The notes under the pieces were generated by a model that saw only the letters and a list, made by a program, of their open reading frames with translations, did no database searches and had not been told where the DNA came from. The position numbers and the translations under genes were made by a program. A stretch of 64,000 bases of DNA, from the NCBI RefSeq assembly GCF_000430505.1, contig NZ_AUMD01000021.1:1-64000 (forward strand), in the 5' to 3' direction. This document shows, one piece after another, positions 53,401 to 62,548 of the stretch; the stretch's first letter is position 1; the number at the start of each line of letters is the position of its first letter. Source of the stretch: Eisenibacter elegans DSM 3317. Its GTDB lineage: Bacteria; Bacteroidota; Bacteroidia; Cytophagales; Microscillaceae.

Positions 53401-54155
53401 AGACCTTCTCCTGGACAGCCAACCAACGCATCAGCGAGGCCAATACCGCCGAGCGCCTCCTGCCCTTCTTGACCGAAAACGACAATCCCAACGTGCTGGC
53501 CAATCAAGCGGCCTTGCGCAGTTCTTTGTTTTTCAATCGCAGCAATCCTAGCTTTCGGATGGAGCTGGCCTGGCTCAACAGCCGTCAAAAGCAGCTACTC
53601 ACCAATGGTTTCGAGGCTGCCGACACGCAAGAGTGGCGTTGGATTGTAAGCAAAAACCTCTTGGCAGCCAGCAACCTCAGTCTGACGGCCTTGCTGCGGG
53701 AGCGGGGCAATGCCTCCGATTTTTTGACGGCGCGCAACTTCCGCATCCAAACCCAAGAGCTCAGCCCCACTTGGGCTTGGCAGCCCTCTACTACTTTCCG
53801 CCTGACAGTAGGGTACGGCTTCACCCTTCGCCAAAGCCTCGCCACTGCCGAAACAAGCACCGAAAACGCCCGACAACAACAAGTGCTGGGAGAGCTGCGT
53901 TGGAACCGTCTCAACAAAATCAACCTCTTGGCCTCGCTCCGTTGGCTCGATATCCGCTACCAAGGCGAACTCAATACCCCCGCCAGCTATGAACTGCTCG
54001 AAGCCTTGCAGCCCGGTCAAAACTGGATTTGGAACCTCAACTGGAAACAAACCCTGCTCAACGGTCTCCAGCTCACCCTCAACTACGAAGGTCGACAGTC
54101 CCCCGACTTGCCCATCGTCCATATCGGCAGAGTACAGGTTACGGCGTTGTTTTGA
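50421..54155 (+). CDS. Large (1244 aa) outer-membrane protein of unknown function. The start is uncertain.
   Basis: Predicted beta-rich sequence with a C-terminal '...GRVQVTALF' and a terminal Phe, typical of OMP barrels. N-terminal 'MYCFLLGAEAQAQ' signal-like segment. Divergent from the T9SS cargo gene. Confidence 0.7.
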   Translation: MSNCGDALRSILSVYDDGIGRGLYPWLCRLCLGFGMYCFLLGAEAQAQSNLREREVPFQTEPFVLDSLTAIPATLEAEVSGWRLDYNPQTRQAQWLPLDPNNLVPPPATVRLRYRVLPAALDQPFSLRQLPDPKDSIEILEAQLLLEQSQLQALGGVEPTALFDVPNLQKSGAISRGIRFANNQNVFVNSTLNLQLDGQLTPDIRVRASITDQNVPFEPEGNTQFIQDFDRIFIQFAHRNGTLSIGDIVLQNPRYTYFSRYYKNVQGALLETQYQALKGQQTRSAIGVAIPKGKFASVEIPPLEGVQGPYRIPGVAGELFLLILANSEKVFLDGRQLQRGFDLDYVINYNTAEITFNPHILITRFSRLRIDYEYSDRNYGRTATTARHSQTFGEQQQHQVWVNFYQEADNPRNPLGFELGEAARRTLAEVEQGQRQALLPLADSVGFSPNRVLYRRTDTLVNGIVYANVFVFSTDPTQAVFEVPFTQVGQGQGNYVRAQGTVNGQVFRWVAPLNGIPQGDFEAVRPVALPERRQLTEFGAHWQLSPYERLTGQAAWANFDNNLFSQAAEQRWAFKTGLLSQGRAVGRWLPGFSWYLATDYEYNEESFTPIDRFRSIEFERDWSPNLADSLPTADRIFNLTLGIERRPQVQPTPRDALDSLATPTLTDSLGLWDDGLAEVQRIAARQEQIAQPLLSQQSPQGERWLYRLSTRERGGQISGWQQEADIYQTAGAWALRANFWQLENELPTLRADWQRLLADLSRNTALGRIGYRFESDKHRFSERSTQAVLSSLMYFDSHTAYWQSSPEAKLVQLQLSYTFREDYLPLDGEIAPFIGSHNFSLQSRWLFAQEQQRLQTVLTYRSLLDRQNTEMEEPPALSARLDWTANWLQRLLRTELNWQTATGRELRREFVFIPVNNGEGTHTWRDDNGDGIQDLNEFYLAVNPDERNFIKIFLPTNDYVQSFNTLLSFRLSWDAPRTWRKAQGWKGLLGRFSQTFSWTANQRISEANTAERLLPFLTENDNPNVLANQAALRSSLFFNRSNPSFRMELAWLNSRQKQLLTNGFEAADTQEWRWIVSKNLLAASNLSLTALLRERGNASDFLTARNFRIQTQELSPTWAWQPSTTFRLTVGYGFTLRQSLATAETSTENARQQQVLGELRWNRLNKINLLASLRWLDIRYQGELNTPASYELLEALQPGQNWIWNLNWKQTLLNGLQLTLNYEGRQSPDLPIVHIGRVQVTALF

Positions 54156-54225
54156 GGGTAGGCAAAATATGGTGGAGCGTGTGGTGAAGCGCTAAAATCA
54201 CGACGTAGAAATACCTAATTTCCAA

Positions 54226-54270
54226 AACTACCTCCCAAACGGGGGGTGTTTGGAGGGCCAAGCGTTTTTT
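54226..54270 (+). terminator. Putative intrinsic terminator after the large OMP gene.
   Basis: 'CTCCCAAACggggggTGTTTGGAGGG' hairpin, followed by 'GCGTTTTTT'. Confidence 0.45.
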
Positions 54271-54457
54271 AAGGCTTAAAGAATGATAATTTTTAACTTC
54301 AAATATACTATCTATTAAAATTTTTATACTTACTTTACAATTTTTTTAATTAAAATAACTATTTATTTAATTACTTAAGTGTTTTTATTGGCTACAAATA
54401 TGTAATGGGTAAACTGCGGGCATCCTTTTTCAAAAACCTCAAACCGATACCTTCCCG

Positions 54458-54669
54458 ATGAGCAATACTGCTACCATTCTTGTGTTAGAGGCGCAAAATG
54501 TCGGCTATTCGGCCAATAAAAAGACCATCTTGCGTAGTGTCAGTTTTACCCTAAAAAAAGGCAGGATTTATGCCTTGCTGGGACCTAATGGGGGGGGCGG
54601 GCAACACTACGCTCATCAAAGCGATTTTGGGGCTGCTGTCTTTGCAAGAGGGGCGGATGCGTTTCAAGT
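54458..54669 (+). pseudogene. Truncated ABC transporter ATP-binding gene: only the N-terminal ~70 codons remain, and the Walker A is corrupted.
   Basis: 'ILVLEAQNVGYSANKKTILRSVSFTLKKGRIYALLGPNGGG' is the ABC N-terminus. A run of 8 G shifts the frame; the -1 frame reads 'GAGNTTLIKAILGLLSLQEGRMRFK*' with Asn replacing the Walker A Lys. The gene stops at 54667-54669, directly abutting the 3' end of the lipase gene. Confidence 0.7.
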
Positions 54670-54703
54670 AAAATAGCAATCAGGAACATCTTTCTCATCC
54701 GTA

Positions 54704-55573
54704 TTACCTATTTTTCCCAATCCAATCTTCGATATACTTTACAACATCTTCCCAACCAGGTTCGCTTGCAATATAATGTGACTTATTCGGAAACTCAAAA
54801 TAATCAATTATAGATTCTTTGTGTGAATAGGCTAAATAGTTTTTATATATCAATGGTGGAGGCAGATCATTGTCCTTCTCACCTGATATAAACAGCATAG
54901 GAACGTGTGGTTTAGAAAAATCTATTGGAGAACATTCCTTTGCTGTACTTTTAGCAAGTTTTCTACTTTCAGGAACAAAATATTTTTCAATTTCTTTTTT
55001 AGCGGTTGAATCATCAATGGTATTAAAAAAGGTAAATTTCAACCATTTGTATTCATTCTTCGGTATGCATACAATGTCTCGTCTTCTAAATGGACTTACC
55101 ATTCTAAAATTGGAACGAAAATATCGCCAATTGAAAACAGATACTTTAGGAGGATTGGCAGGTGCCAAAGCTATACCCAATGCGGCTTTATCTGCCTCGA
55201 CCAATTTTTGCATTATCAGCCCACCGATGGAGTGACCTACAATAATTGGCTTTTCTGGTAGCGAATCTACGAATGCTGTCATATACTCTAAGACAGGCTT
55301 GAATGTTAAATACACTAATTTTGGGTCAATATTTTCGTGTAAGTATTGAGGAGTGCCAGCGTGATATGGGTAGGACGGAGCATAAACAGTATACCCCTTT
55401 TGTTCAAAATATGCTTTCCACTTTTCCCAGCTATGATTGTTTTGATACATTCCATGAATGAGGACAATTGTTTTGGTTTTTCCATTATTCACTTCACCTT
55501 GTGAATAAGCAATGCTTGTAATTGCAAATTGAAAAAAACAGATAATCAGAGCTTTAAACATTAACTTTTGCAT
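54704..55573 (-). CDS. Secreted alpha/beta hydrolase (lipase/esterase-like), low GC.
   Basis: Signal peptide 'MQKLMFKALIICFFQFAITSIAYSQ'. 'GHSIGG' nucleophile elbow. AT-rich codon usage unlike the neighbours. Confidence 0.8.
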   Translation of the reverse strand: MQKLMFKALIICFFQFAITSIAYSQGEVNNGKTKTIVLIHGMYQNNHSWEKWKAYFEQKGYTVYAPSYPYHAGTPQYLHENIDPKLVYLTFKPVLEYMTAFVDSLPEKPIIVGHSIGGLIMQKLVEADKAALGIALAPANPPKVSVFNWRYFRSNFRMVSPFRRRDIVCIPKNEYKWLKFTFFNTIDDSTAKKEIEKYFVPESRKLAKSTAKECSPIDFSKPHVPMLFISGEKDNDLPPPLIYKNYLAYSHKESIIDYFEFPNKSHYIASEPGWEDVVKYIEDWIGKNR

Positions 55574-55669
55574 CTTTTTTATTTTTAAGTGAATTAATTT
55601 ATATGATGCAAAATTAAACTGCTACCAAAAGAGTACTCTTAACATTTGATAAGAATGATATTGATATAT

Positions 55670-56188
55670 GTTAAGAAACAAAACTTCTGAGGCGGCTCAA
55701 CGACTCAGGAGTAATTCCAAGAAAAGAAGCTAATAAATTTTGAGGTATTCGTTGAATAAAATGAGGCTTTTGATCAAGCAAATATTGATAACGTTGTTTG
55801 GCATCAAAACTTTGAAAAAACTTTACTCGCTTTTCCAATTCAATAAAATAATGTTGAATTATTTGTATTTTAAATGTATAAATTTTTCATCATTTATGTT
55901 AATATATCTAATGTCAAACTCAATAAGTTCAGCATCTTCAATTAATTGAATTGTTTCATTTGCCACACCCAAATTTGCAAGGCTATATATTGAACCTACA
56001 ATTTCATTTTCAAAGTCGAACCAGCCAGAGTACTCTTTATCATTTTGATTATAAATATATCGAGCAATGCCTTTTTTTAATAACCAAAACTTAGTTGCCA
56101 TTTTACCCTCCTTTTGTAAAATGAAATTTTTAGGATAATCTACTTCTTTGCCTTTATTTAAAAAGTCAGAGGGAAATTCTATATTCAT
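55670..56188 (-). pseudogene. Crp/Fnr-family transcriptional regulator split by a frameshift near 55860.
   Basis: The N-terminal cNMP-binding domain is ORF 55859-56188 ('FILQKEGKMATKFWLLKKGIARYIY'). The C-terminal HTH is encoded in another frame, at 55670-55858: '...RIPQNLLASFLGITPESLSRLRSFVS*'. Confidence 0.65.
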
Positions 56189-56307
56189 TTTAATTTAAGT
56201 AATTTTATGAAATGACTGTTTGTTAATATTACGTTTAACGGCAATCTGTCCAAAAACCAACTCTTGCGAAGATAGCAAAAAGCCGAGAAAAATTCATGGC
56301 TTAGGGA

Positions 56308-56544
56308 ATGAAATCTATACTCGGCAAAAACAGGGCTACTTACAGCCTCACAGACCTGCTGGAAGCACTCATTTCGCCCGACAATGTGGTGCGGTGCATA
56401 GACCTTTTTGTAGAAAGTTTAGACTTAGCTCCTTTGGCTAATTTTAAGCCACTTATAGGAAAGATATTTTGTACTTTTCAAAGTATTCGTACCCAATATG
56501 CGTCTCACTACGAGCTTGTATCGCCTTGGTACAGCGTATTTTAA
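56308..56544 (+). mobile_element. IS transposase N-terminal remnant (InsH-N/DUF772-like, as in IS5/IS1182 families). Truncated; no DDE domain follows.
   Basis: 'YSLTDLLEALISPDNVVRCIDLFVESLDLAPLANFKPLIGK' matches the transposase InsH N-terminal domain pattern. The reading frame decays right after. Confidence 0.55.
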
Positions 56545-56585
56545 TGGGTTTTTAGACAGATTGACGGCTTTCGCTACTGGCTTAT

Positions 56586-56903
56586 TTGGTATTTTTTATC
56601 CCACACCTGATCAAGTTTGTGCATTTTCTCAGCCTAGGCGGGCAGTTCACCCTTAGCGAGTATAACTTGTTTTCTTTAGGGCCCTTGGTAGAGCCGTACG
56701 ACGATTACCGAAAAGTAGGGTATTGGGTACGCACTTTGTTATCCACTTTTACTTTTTTTGAGTTGCTATATTGGCTGTTGTTGACGCAGGGTTTACAGGT
56801 ATACACCCAATGGCGTTTTGGCCATGCCCTCATGTGGGTGATGTTGGGCTATGGGCTTGGGCTTTGTGGTTGGGTAGGTTTTTGGATTTTTTTGAACCCC
56901 TGA
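56586..56903 (+). CDS. Hypothetical small membrane protein.
   Basis: Three hydrophobic segments. No family recognised. Could also be a gene fragment. Confidence 0.35.
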   Translation: MVFFIPHLIKFVHFLSLGGQFTLSEYNLFSLGPLVEPYDDYRKVGYWVRTLLSTFTFFELLYWLLLTQGLQVYTQWRFGHALMWVMLGYGLGLCGWVGFWIFLNP

Positions 56904-56909
56904 TGACCG

Positions 56910-57545
56910 TCAAATACCCAGTACGTTGTTGGGTCGATAATAAATATGAGTACTGCTATTGACAGGCACACCTACTGGCATTCCCCAAAACTCTAAGTAT
57001 TTGAACCCCTTTTCTTGCAGTAAACGCCGGGCTTTGGCATAATGCGCTCGCTCGGCATTGTCCAAAATCAACACCCCATCATCGCTCAGCCACTGTAGTG
57101 CGGCGGCTACACAACGATTACGTAGCCGCCCGTCGATAATAATCAACTCAAAAGGCTGTGAGGGGTTTTCGGCGGCTTGTGTGTAGGCTTCCTTAGGCTC
57201 TAAGGGCTTGTGCAAGATCTTTGCGTTGTCTGGAAGCAGCGGAGTAAGGGCTTTTACCCAAGCACTATCGTGCTCAATGGCCAATACTGACCGAACCCGC
57301 TGTGCATACCAAAGGGTAGAGTTCCCAGCGCCATACTCCAACACACGAAAATCAGGACTGAGGCGGGGTTCTAAAAAGCGAATCGCGGCATAGCTATACC
57401 ACGGCAAAGGATTGCCTTGGGCATCGATGGGTTGTTTGCGACAATAGCTCCTAAACCACCCATCTTCTTGAAGGCCGCTTTTGTAATACAAATGAAAAGC
57501 CGCTCCCAAAGGGCTGAGGCGCAAAAACCTGTTAAAAAAACCCAT
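56910..57545 (-). CDS. Class I SAM-dependent methyltransferase.
   Basis: 'VLEYGAGNSTLWYA' motif I and 'IIIDG' motif-like segments. Confidence 0.75.
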   Translation of the reverse strand: MGFFNRFLRLSPLGAAFHLYYKSGLQEDGWFRSYCRKQPIDAQGNPLPWYSYAAIRFLEPRLSPDFRVLEYGAGNSTLWYAQRVRSVLAIEHDSAWVKALTPLLPDNAKILHKPLEPKEAYTQAAENPSQPFELIIIDGRLRNRCVAAALQWLSDDGVLILDNAERAHYAKARRLLQEKGFKYLEFWGMPVGVPVNSSTHIYYRPNNVLGI

Positions 57546-57765
57546 ACCTCCCTAAATTAATACTGTTCTGAATAGGTTACCTTTGTTGTATCTACCAAAT
57601 CAACAAGCCTGCTATCTATTACGATGTAGTAGATGTTTGGCGAATATACCTACGGATATACGCTATATTTTGTTTTTATATCAAATAGATTTATCTTTCT
57701 CTGCTATTCAGTGTATACACAGAGGTTTTCCTCTATTTTTTCAAACCCCAAACAACCTTTAAACA

Positions 57766-58539
57766 ATGTCTACTATAGCAGAAATGTTTAGTCTTCAGGG
57801 CAAAGTAGCCCTCGTTACCGGAGCCAGCAAAGGCATAGGCGAGGCGATGGCCTACACCTTTGGCAAAGCCGGAGCGCAAGTAGTGGTTAGTAGCCGCAAG
57901 CAAGAGGCAGTAGAGGCTGTGGCCCGTAAATTCAAAAGTGTCGGCCTCAAACAAACAATTGGTATTGCCTGCAATGTGGGCAAGGCTGCCGAAATCGAAG
58001 CCTTGGTAAGCAAGACCATCGAGCACTTTGGCCGCATCGACATCATTGTTAACAACGCCGGCACCAACCCTGTCTACAGTCCAATGATGGAGATGGAAGA
58101 GAGTGCCTATGATAAAATTATGGATGTGAACCTAAAGGGTGCGTGGCTGCTGACCAAGGCTGCCCATCCACATCTCAAAGCCTCAGGGCAGGGCTGTGTC
58201 ATCAACATTGCCAGCATCGAAGGGCTGTCACCCAGCCCCAACTTAGGGGCTTATAGCATCAGCAAGGCCGGAATGGTGATGCTGACTAAGGTGCTGGCAC
58301 GAGAGCTGGGTGAAGACCACATCCGTGTCAATGCCATCTGCCCGGGCTATATCCGCACCAAACTGAGCGAGATGGTCTGGCAAGACAAAGCCCTGCTCCG
58401 GGAAGTGATGCACAAACAATGTATGAACTACGAAGCCAACCCCGAAGACCTCTCCGGCCTAGCTCTGATGTTGGCCGCCGGTACGGGCAAATTCCTCACT
58501 GGTGCTATTATCACCGCCGACGGAGGATACACGGTCTGA
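57766..58539 (+). CDS. SDR-family oxidoreductase (FabG-like).
   Basis: 'GKVALVTGASKGIGEA', 'NNAG', 'YSISKAG' catalytic YxxxK. Confidence 0.9.
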   Translation: MSTIAEMFSLQGKVALVTGASKGIGEAMAYTFGKAGAQVVVSSRKQEAVEAVARKFKSVGLKQTIGIACNVGKAAEIEALVSKTIEHFGRIDIIVNNAGTNPVYSPMMEMEESAYDKIMDVNLKGAWLLTKAAHPHLKASGQGCVINIASIEGLSPSPNLGAYSISKAGMVMLTKVLARELGEDHIRVNAICPGYIRTKLSEMVWQDKALLREVMHKQCMNYEANPEDLSGLALMLAAGTGKFLTGAIITADGGYTV

Positions 58540-58642
58540 AAACATCCGTGGCGAAAATCAGCCACTACTACACGGATAAAACCCAGCCATTCGTGCGTCC
58601 GTGGTGGAAAACAAAAGCGTCGACCAAAAAAGTACAGTTCAA

Positions 58643-59617
58643 CTACTTTTCTAACACCACCTCTGTGTGTGAGGCGATGTTTTGTGATTCCGATGGGGCT
58701 GGTTTTTCCGCAACGGAGCTGGGTTTACGCCCGGCGCGACTCATCCAGAGTACTCCTGTGATGATGACGACAGCTCCCAGCCCTTGTACGGCGTTGATAG
58801 TTTCGCCTAAGATGCTATAGGCCATCAACAGAGTGGCGATAGGGCCTAAGGTAGCGGCGATGGAGGCATTATCAGCGCCGAGACGCTTGATACCCGACGA
58901 AAAGAGCAAGGCCGGAACTACCGTAGCCCCCACCGCAATACCTACGCTCAGGGCATAGACCTGCCAAGGGTAGGCCCAGAGCTGCGCTAAGGGTAGGGCG
59001 CAGAGGTAGTGTAAGAAGGTAGTCAGCCCTGCGCCCATCAGGGCGATGGCCGTAAAAAGCGCCGAACCAAAGCGCGGCACCAGTTGCTCGCTGCCTACAA
59101 GGTAAGCGGCATAAGTCAACGCCGAGCAGAGCACATAAGCCACTCCCCACCAGAAATAAGGTTGCGGTGCGGCGTTGCCCTGTCCTGCAAAGACCAAACC
59201 CATGCCGAGGTAGGTGAGCGCCACTGCTCCAATCTGCACTATGGAGATTTTCTTGCGCAGCCACAAGGCTGACAACAGCAGTACAAAGGTGGGGTAGGTA
59301 AACAAAATCAGCCGCTCCATCGAAGCCGAGATATATTGTAGGCCGATAAAGTCCAGCATACTGGCCAAATAGTAGCCCACTACGCCCAAAACTACGGCGG
59401 CCAGCCATTCCTTGCGGTTGGGGGCAAGTACCGCCGCAGGAGGCTTGCTCTGCCAAGCAATAAAAGCAAAAAATGGAAAAGCCATCAACATCCGCAAGGT
59501 AACCAAGCTTAGGCCATCGATGCCATAAGGATAGGCCAATTTTACAAAAATACCCTTGGTCGAAAAGCCCACTGCCGCCACCAAGATCATCAATACGCCA
59601 CTCAGTTTGTTGCTCAT
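58643..59617 (-). CDS. DMT-superfamily (EamA-like) transporter.
   Basis: Ten TM segments in two EamA repeats. Start trimmed to the ATG giving 'MSNKLSGVLMIL'. The raw ORF extends to 59815 and would overlap trpD. Confidence 0.8.
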   Translation of the reverse strand: MSNKLSGVLMILVAAVGFSTKGIFVKLAYPYGIDGLSLVTLRMLMAFPFFAFIAWQSKPPAAVLAPNRKEWLAAVVLGVVGYYLASMLDFIGLQYISASMERLILFTYPTFVLLLSALWLRKKISIVQIGAVALTYLGMGLVFAGQGNAAPQPYFWWGVAYVLCSALTYAAYLVGSEQLVPRFGSALFTAIALMGAGLTTFLHYLCALPLAQLWAYPWQVYALSVGIAVGATVVPALLFSSGIKRLGADNASIAATLGPIATLLMAYSILGETINAVQGLGAVVIITGVLWMSRAGRKPSSVAEKPAPSESQNIASHTEVVLEK

Positions 59618-59768
59618 AAGTCTTGTATGTGCGCCCAAAAACGTATATTTGCCACACTTGGCGCAACCGACTGCAAAGGTAGTCAAAGTAATGTGAAGAC
59701 CGCTTATAGCGTCTTTCAATTCCTTACGCCCACCCCTCACTGCATACTTCATAACCAAGACCCTACCC

Positions 59769-60764
59769 GTGAAAGCACTCTTAAATCGACTTTTTAACCA
59801 CGAAACCCTCACCAAAGCCGAAGCTGCCGAGGTACTTACCCATATTGCTCAAGGGGCTTACAATCCGGCGCAGATAGCCTCTTTCATCACTGTATACTTG
59901 ATGCGCAGCATCACCGTCGAAGAGCTAGACGGCTTTCGTGAGGCCATGCTGGCGCTTTGTGTCCCTGCTCCTTTGAGCGATTACCGCCCCATAGACCTCT
60001 GTGGCACCGGAGGCGATGGTAAGGACACCTTCAATATCTCTACCCTCGCTTCGTTTGTAGTAGCAGCCAGCGGGGTCGCCGTGGCCAAGCACGGCAACTA
60101 CGGCGTGTCGTCTATCTCCGGCTCTTCAACTGTGTTGGAGTATTTTGGGGTAAAGTTTAGCAACGATGCCGACCAGCTCCGCCGCCAGATGGATGCTACC
60201 GGGCTTTGCTTCTTACACGCACCACTGTTTCATCCGGCGCTCAAAAACGTAGGGCCTATCCGTAAGGAACTGGGTATCAAGACTTTTTTCAATATGCTGG
60301 GGCCTATGGTCAATCCAGCAGCGCCACCCTACCAACTCGTGGGTGTGTTTAGCGCAGAGTTGGCACGGCTCTATGCCTACCTCTACCAACAGACCAACAA
60401 ACGCTTCAGTATCTTGCACTCCCTTGATGGTTACGACGAAATATCACTCACAGGCGCTTTCAAATGGTTAAGTAATGAAGGGGAGCGCATCCTCGAACCC
60501 GATGCCTTGGGGATGCCCCAATACCGACCTGAAGACCTCTTTGGCGGGGCTACCGTAGCCGATGCGGCAGCCATCTTCGCCCAAGTATTGCAAGGCCAAG
60601 GTACAGCTGCCCAAACAGATGCCGTGGTAGCCAATGCAGGGATGGCCATCCACTGTGCCCGCCCTGACACCTCCTTGTTGGATTGCCTCACGCAGGCGCG
60701 TGAAAGCCTCCTCAGTGGGCAAGCTCTGCAAACCTTTGAGCGATTTGTGGCCTTGGCTTCCTGA
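59769..60764 (+). CDS. trpD: Anthranilate phosphoribosyltransferase.
   Basis: 'DLCGTGGDGKDTFNISTLASFVVAASG' PRPP/anthranilate-binding signature and 'HGNYGVSS'. Confidence 0.9.
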   Translation: MKALLNRLFNHETLTKAEAAEVLTHIAQGAYNPAQIASFITVYLMRSITVEELDGFREAMLALCVPAPLSDYRPIDLCGTGGDGKDTFNISTLASFVVAASGVAVAKHGNYGVSSISGSSTVLEYFGVKFSNDADQLRRQMDATGLCFLHAPLFHPALKNVGPIRKELGIKTFFNMLGPMVNPAAPPYQLVGVFSAELARLYAYLYQQTNKRFSILHSLDGYDEISLTGAFKWLSNEGERILEPDALGMPQYRPEDLFGGATVADAAAIFAQVLQGQGTAAQTDAVVANAGMAIHCARPDTSLLDCLTQARESLLSGQALQTFERFVALAS

Positions 60765-61012
60765 TGTAGGGGGCTGGTAGGGCATATTTGTAAATCAGCT
60801 GTTCGTCAGATGAGACCTTACTTGATACAACCCATATCAGTTTGTAAACTATGGTTTTCACACCGCAATACCCCCTGACCCAAGGCTGTAGTTGTTATGC
60901 TCCCTGTACTTTTTTTGAAAACCTTTTTGGACTTTGTGCGAAGCAGAGTGGCGAGCTAAGGGCAAGCCATAAAATTATGCTATCTTTGCAACATTATTAG
61001 GAACAACATTTT

Positions 61013-61780
61013 ATGCAGCCTCCCATTCTCCCCAAAGATTTTATTTATGGCATTCACGCAATCGAAGAGTGCCTTTTAGCCGACCAACAAATCGACAAGC
61101 TCTGGATACAGCAGGAGCTGAGTCAATCAGAGGCTGTGCGTGCCTTGGTACAGCAAGCACGCCAACGGCATATTCCTATTCATAAGTTGCCCCTAGCCAA
61201 GCTCAACCAGATTACCCGCAAAAACCATCAGGGAGTCATTGCTTTTCTGTCGCCTATTCGATTTGTTAATCTCCATCAGGTAATTCAGGCTACTTATGAG
61301 CGCGGCGATGTACCTTTTGTCCTTATCTTAGATCGCCTGACGGATGTGCGCAACTTTGGGGCGATTGCCCGTACTGCGGAGACCTCTGGGGTACATGCCA
61401 TCGTCATCCCCAACAGAACAACCGCTCGCATTGGCAATGATGCTATGAAAACTTCTTCTGGGGCGCTTGGTTATATGCCGGTATGCCGCGAAGGAAACCT
61501 CGCACATACGGTTGCCTTTCTACAAAACTCAGGTTTGAAGGTAGTTGCCTGTACTGAAAAAACCGATACCCTGATGTACCAACACCAATACCAAGGCCCT
61601 ACGGCGCTGGTGATTGGTTCAGAAGAAGATGGGATTTCAGAAGAAATTTTGGCATTGGTAGATGCCAAAGCCAAGATACCGATGTTTGGGCAGATAGGCT
61701 CCCTCAATGCCGCAGTTTCTGCCGGAATTTTGATGTATGAAGTGGTGCGCCAAAGGCTGCAACCACCCGCCAACTTCTAA
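61013..61780 (+). CDS. rlmB: SpoU-family 23S rRNA (guanosine-2'-O)-methyltransferase.
   Basis: 'LILDRLTDVRNFGAIARTAETSGVHAIVIP' and the C-terminal 'IPMFGQIGSLNAAVSAGI' SPOUT knot motifs. Confidence 0.85.
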   Translation: MQPPILPKDFIYGIHAIEECLLADQQIDKLWIQQELSQSEAVRALVQQARQRHIPIHKLPLAKLNQITRKNHQGVIAFLSPIRFVNLHQVIQATYERGDVPFVLILDRLTDVRNFGAIARTAETSGVHAIVIPNRTTARIGNDAMKTSSGALGYMPVCREGNLAHTVAFLQNSGLKVVACTEKTDTLMYQHQYQGPTALVIGSEEDGISEEILALVDAKAKIPMFGQIGSLNAAVSAGILMYEVVRQRLQPPANF

Positions 61781-61799
61781 ACCCTAGAACCCCACAACC

Positions 61800-62423
61800 A
61801 TGCGCCTCGTTTGCTTGTCAGATACTCATGGAAAACACGCACAAGTTACTGTGCCCGAAGGGGATATACTCATCCACGCAGGGGATTTCACGCGCAAAGG
61901 TAAATTGGAAGAAGTACAGGATTTCAATCAGTGGTTGATGGGTTTGCCTCATAGGCACAAAATAGTGGTCGCTGGCAATCACGATCATTGCTTTGAGCGC
62001 CAACCAGAACAAGCGCGGGCACTTCTGACAGCGGCACACTATCTCGAAGACGAGGCGCTTGTTTTGGAAGGGTTTCATTTTTGGGGTTCGCCGGTTACCC
62101 CTACATTTTTTAATCTGGCATTCAACCAAAAAAGAGGGGATGAGATTGGCCAAACTTGGGCGCAAATACCCACAAACACAGAGGTGCTCATTACCCATGG
62201 CCCTCCAATGGGCATCTTAGACCGTACTTTCTTGGGCAAGCACGTAGGCTGCGAAATGCTTCAAGCGCGCTTGGAGGTTCTTGGGCAATTACGTCTACAC
62301 GTTTTTGGGCACATACACGAAGCCCAAGGGAAACGCCAAAAAGGCAGTTGTACCTTTGCCAATGTAGCTGTATTGGGTGCGCTATATAGGGTGGTACATC
62401 AGGCGCAAGTCTTTGATTTGTAG
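61800..62423 (+). CDS. Metallophosphoesterase (YfcE/MJ0936-like).
   Basis: 'LSDTHG', 'HAGDF', 'AGNHD', 'GHIH'. Confidence 0.8.
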   Translation: MRLVCLSDTHGKHAQVTVPEGDILIHAGDFTRKGKLEEVQDFNQWLMGLPHRHKIVVAGNHDHCFERQPEQARALLTAAHYLEDEALVLEGFHFWGSPVTPTFFNLAFNQKRGDEIGQTWAQIPTNTEVLITHGPPMGILDRTFLGKHVGCEMLQARLEVLGQLRLHVFGHIHEAQGKRQKGSCTFANVAVLGALYRVVHQAQVFDL

Positions 62424-62548
62424 CCATACTGGAAATGTGTGGCTTTCTGGCAATCTACTAGCAGATTTCAAGGGTTTTCTTATCTTTGCGTGTCTTCATT
62501 CAGTAGAGGTGTACATCTTGTACCCAAGTTTCAATTAAAATTTTACCA

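Noticed and set aside
56586-56903. 105-aa hydrophobic ORF as the ABC transporter permease partner of the truncated ATPase.
   Set aside because: It is too short for an ABC permease and lacks the EAA loop. It is kept only as a low-confidence hypothetical.
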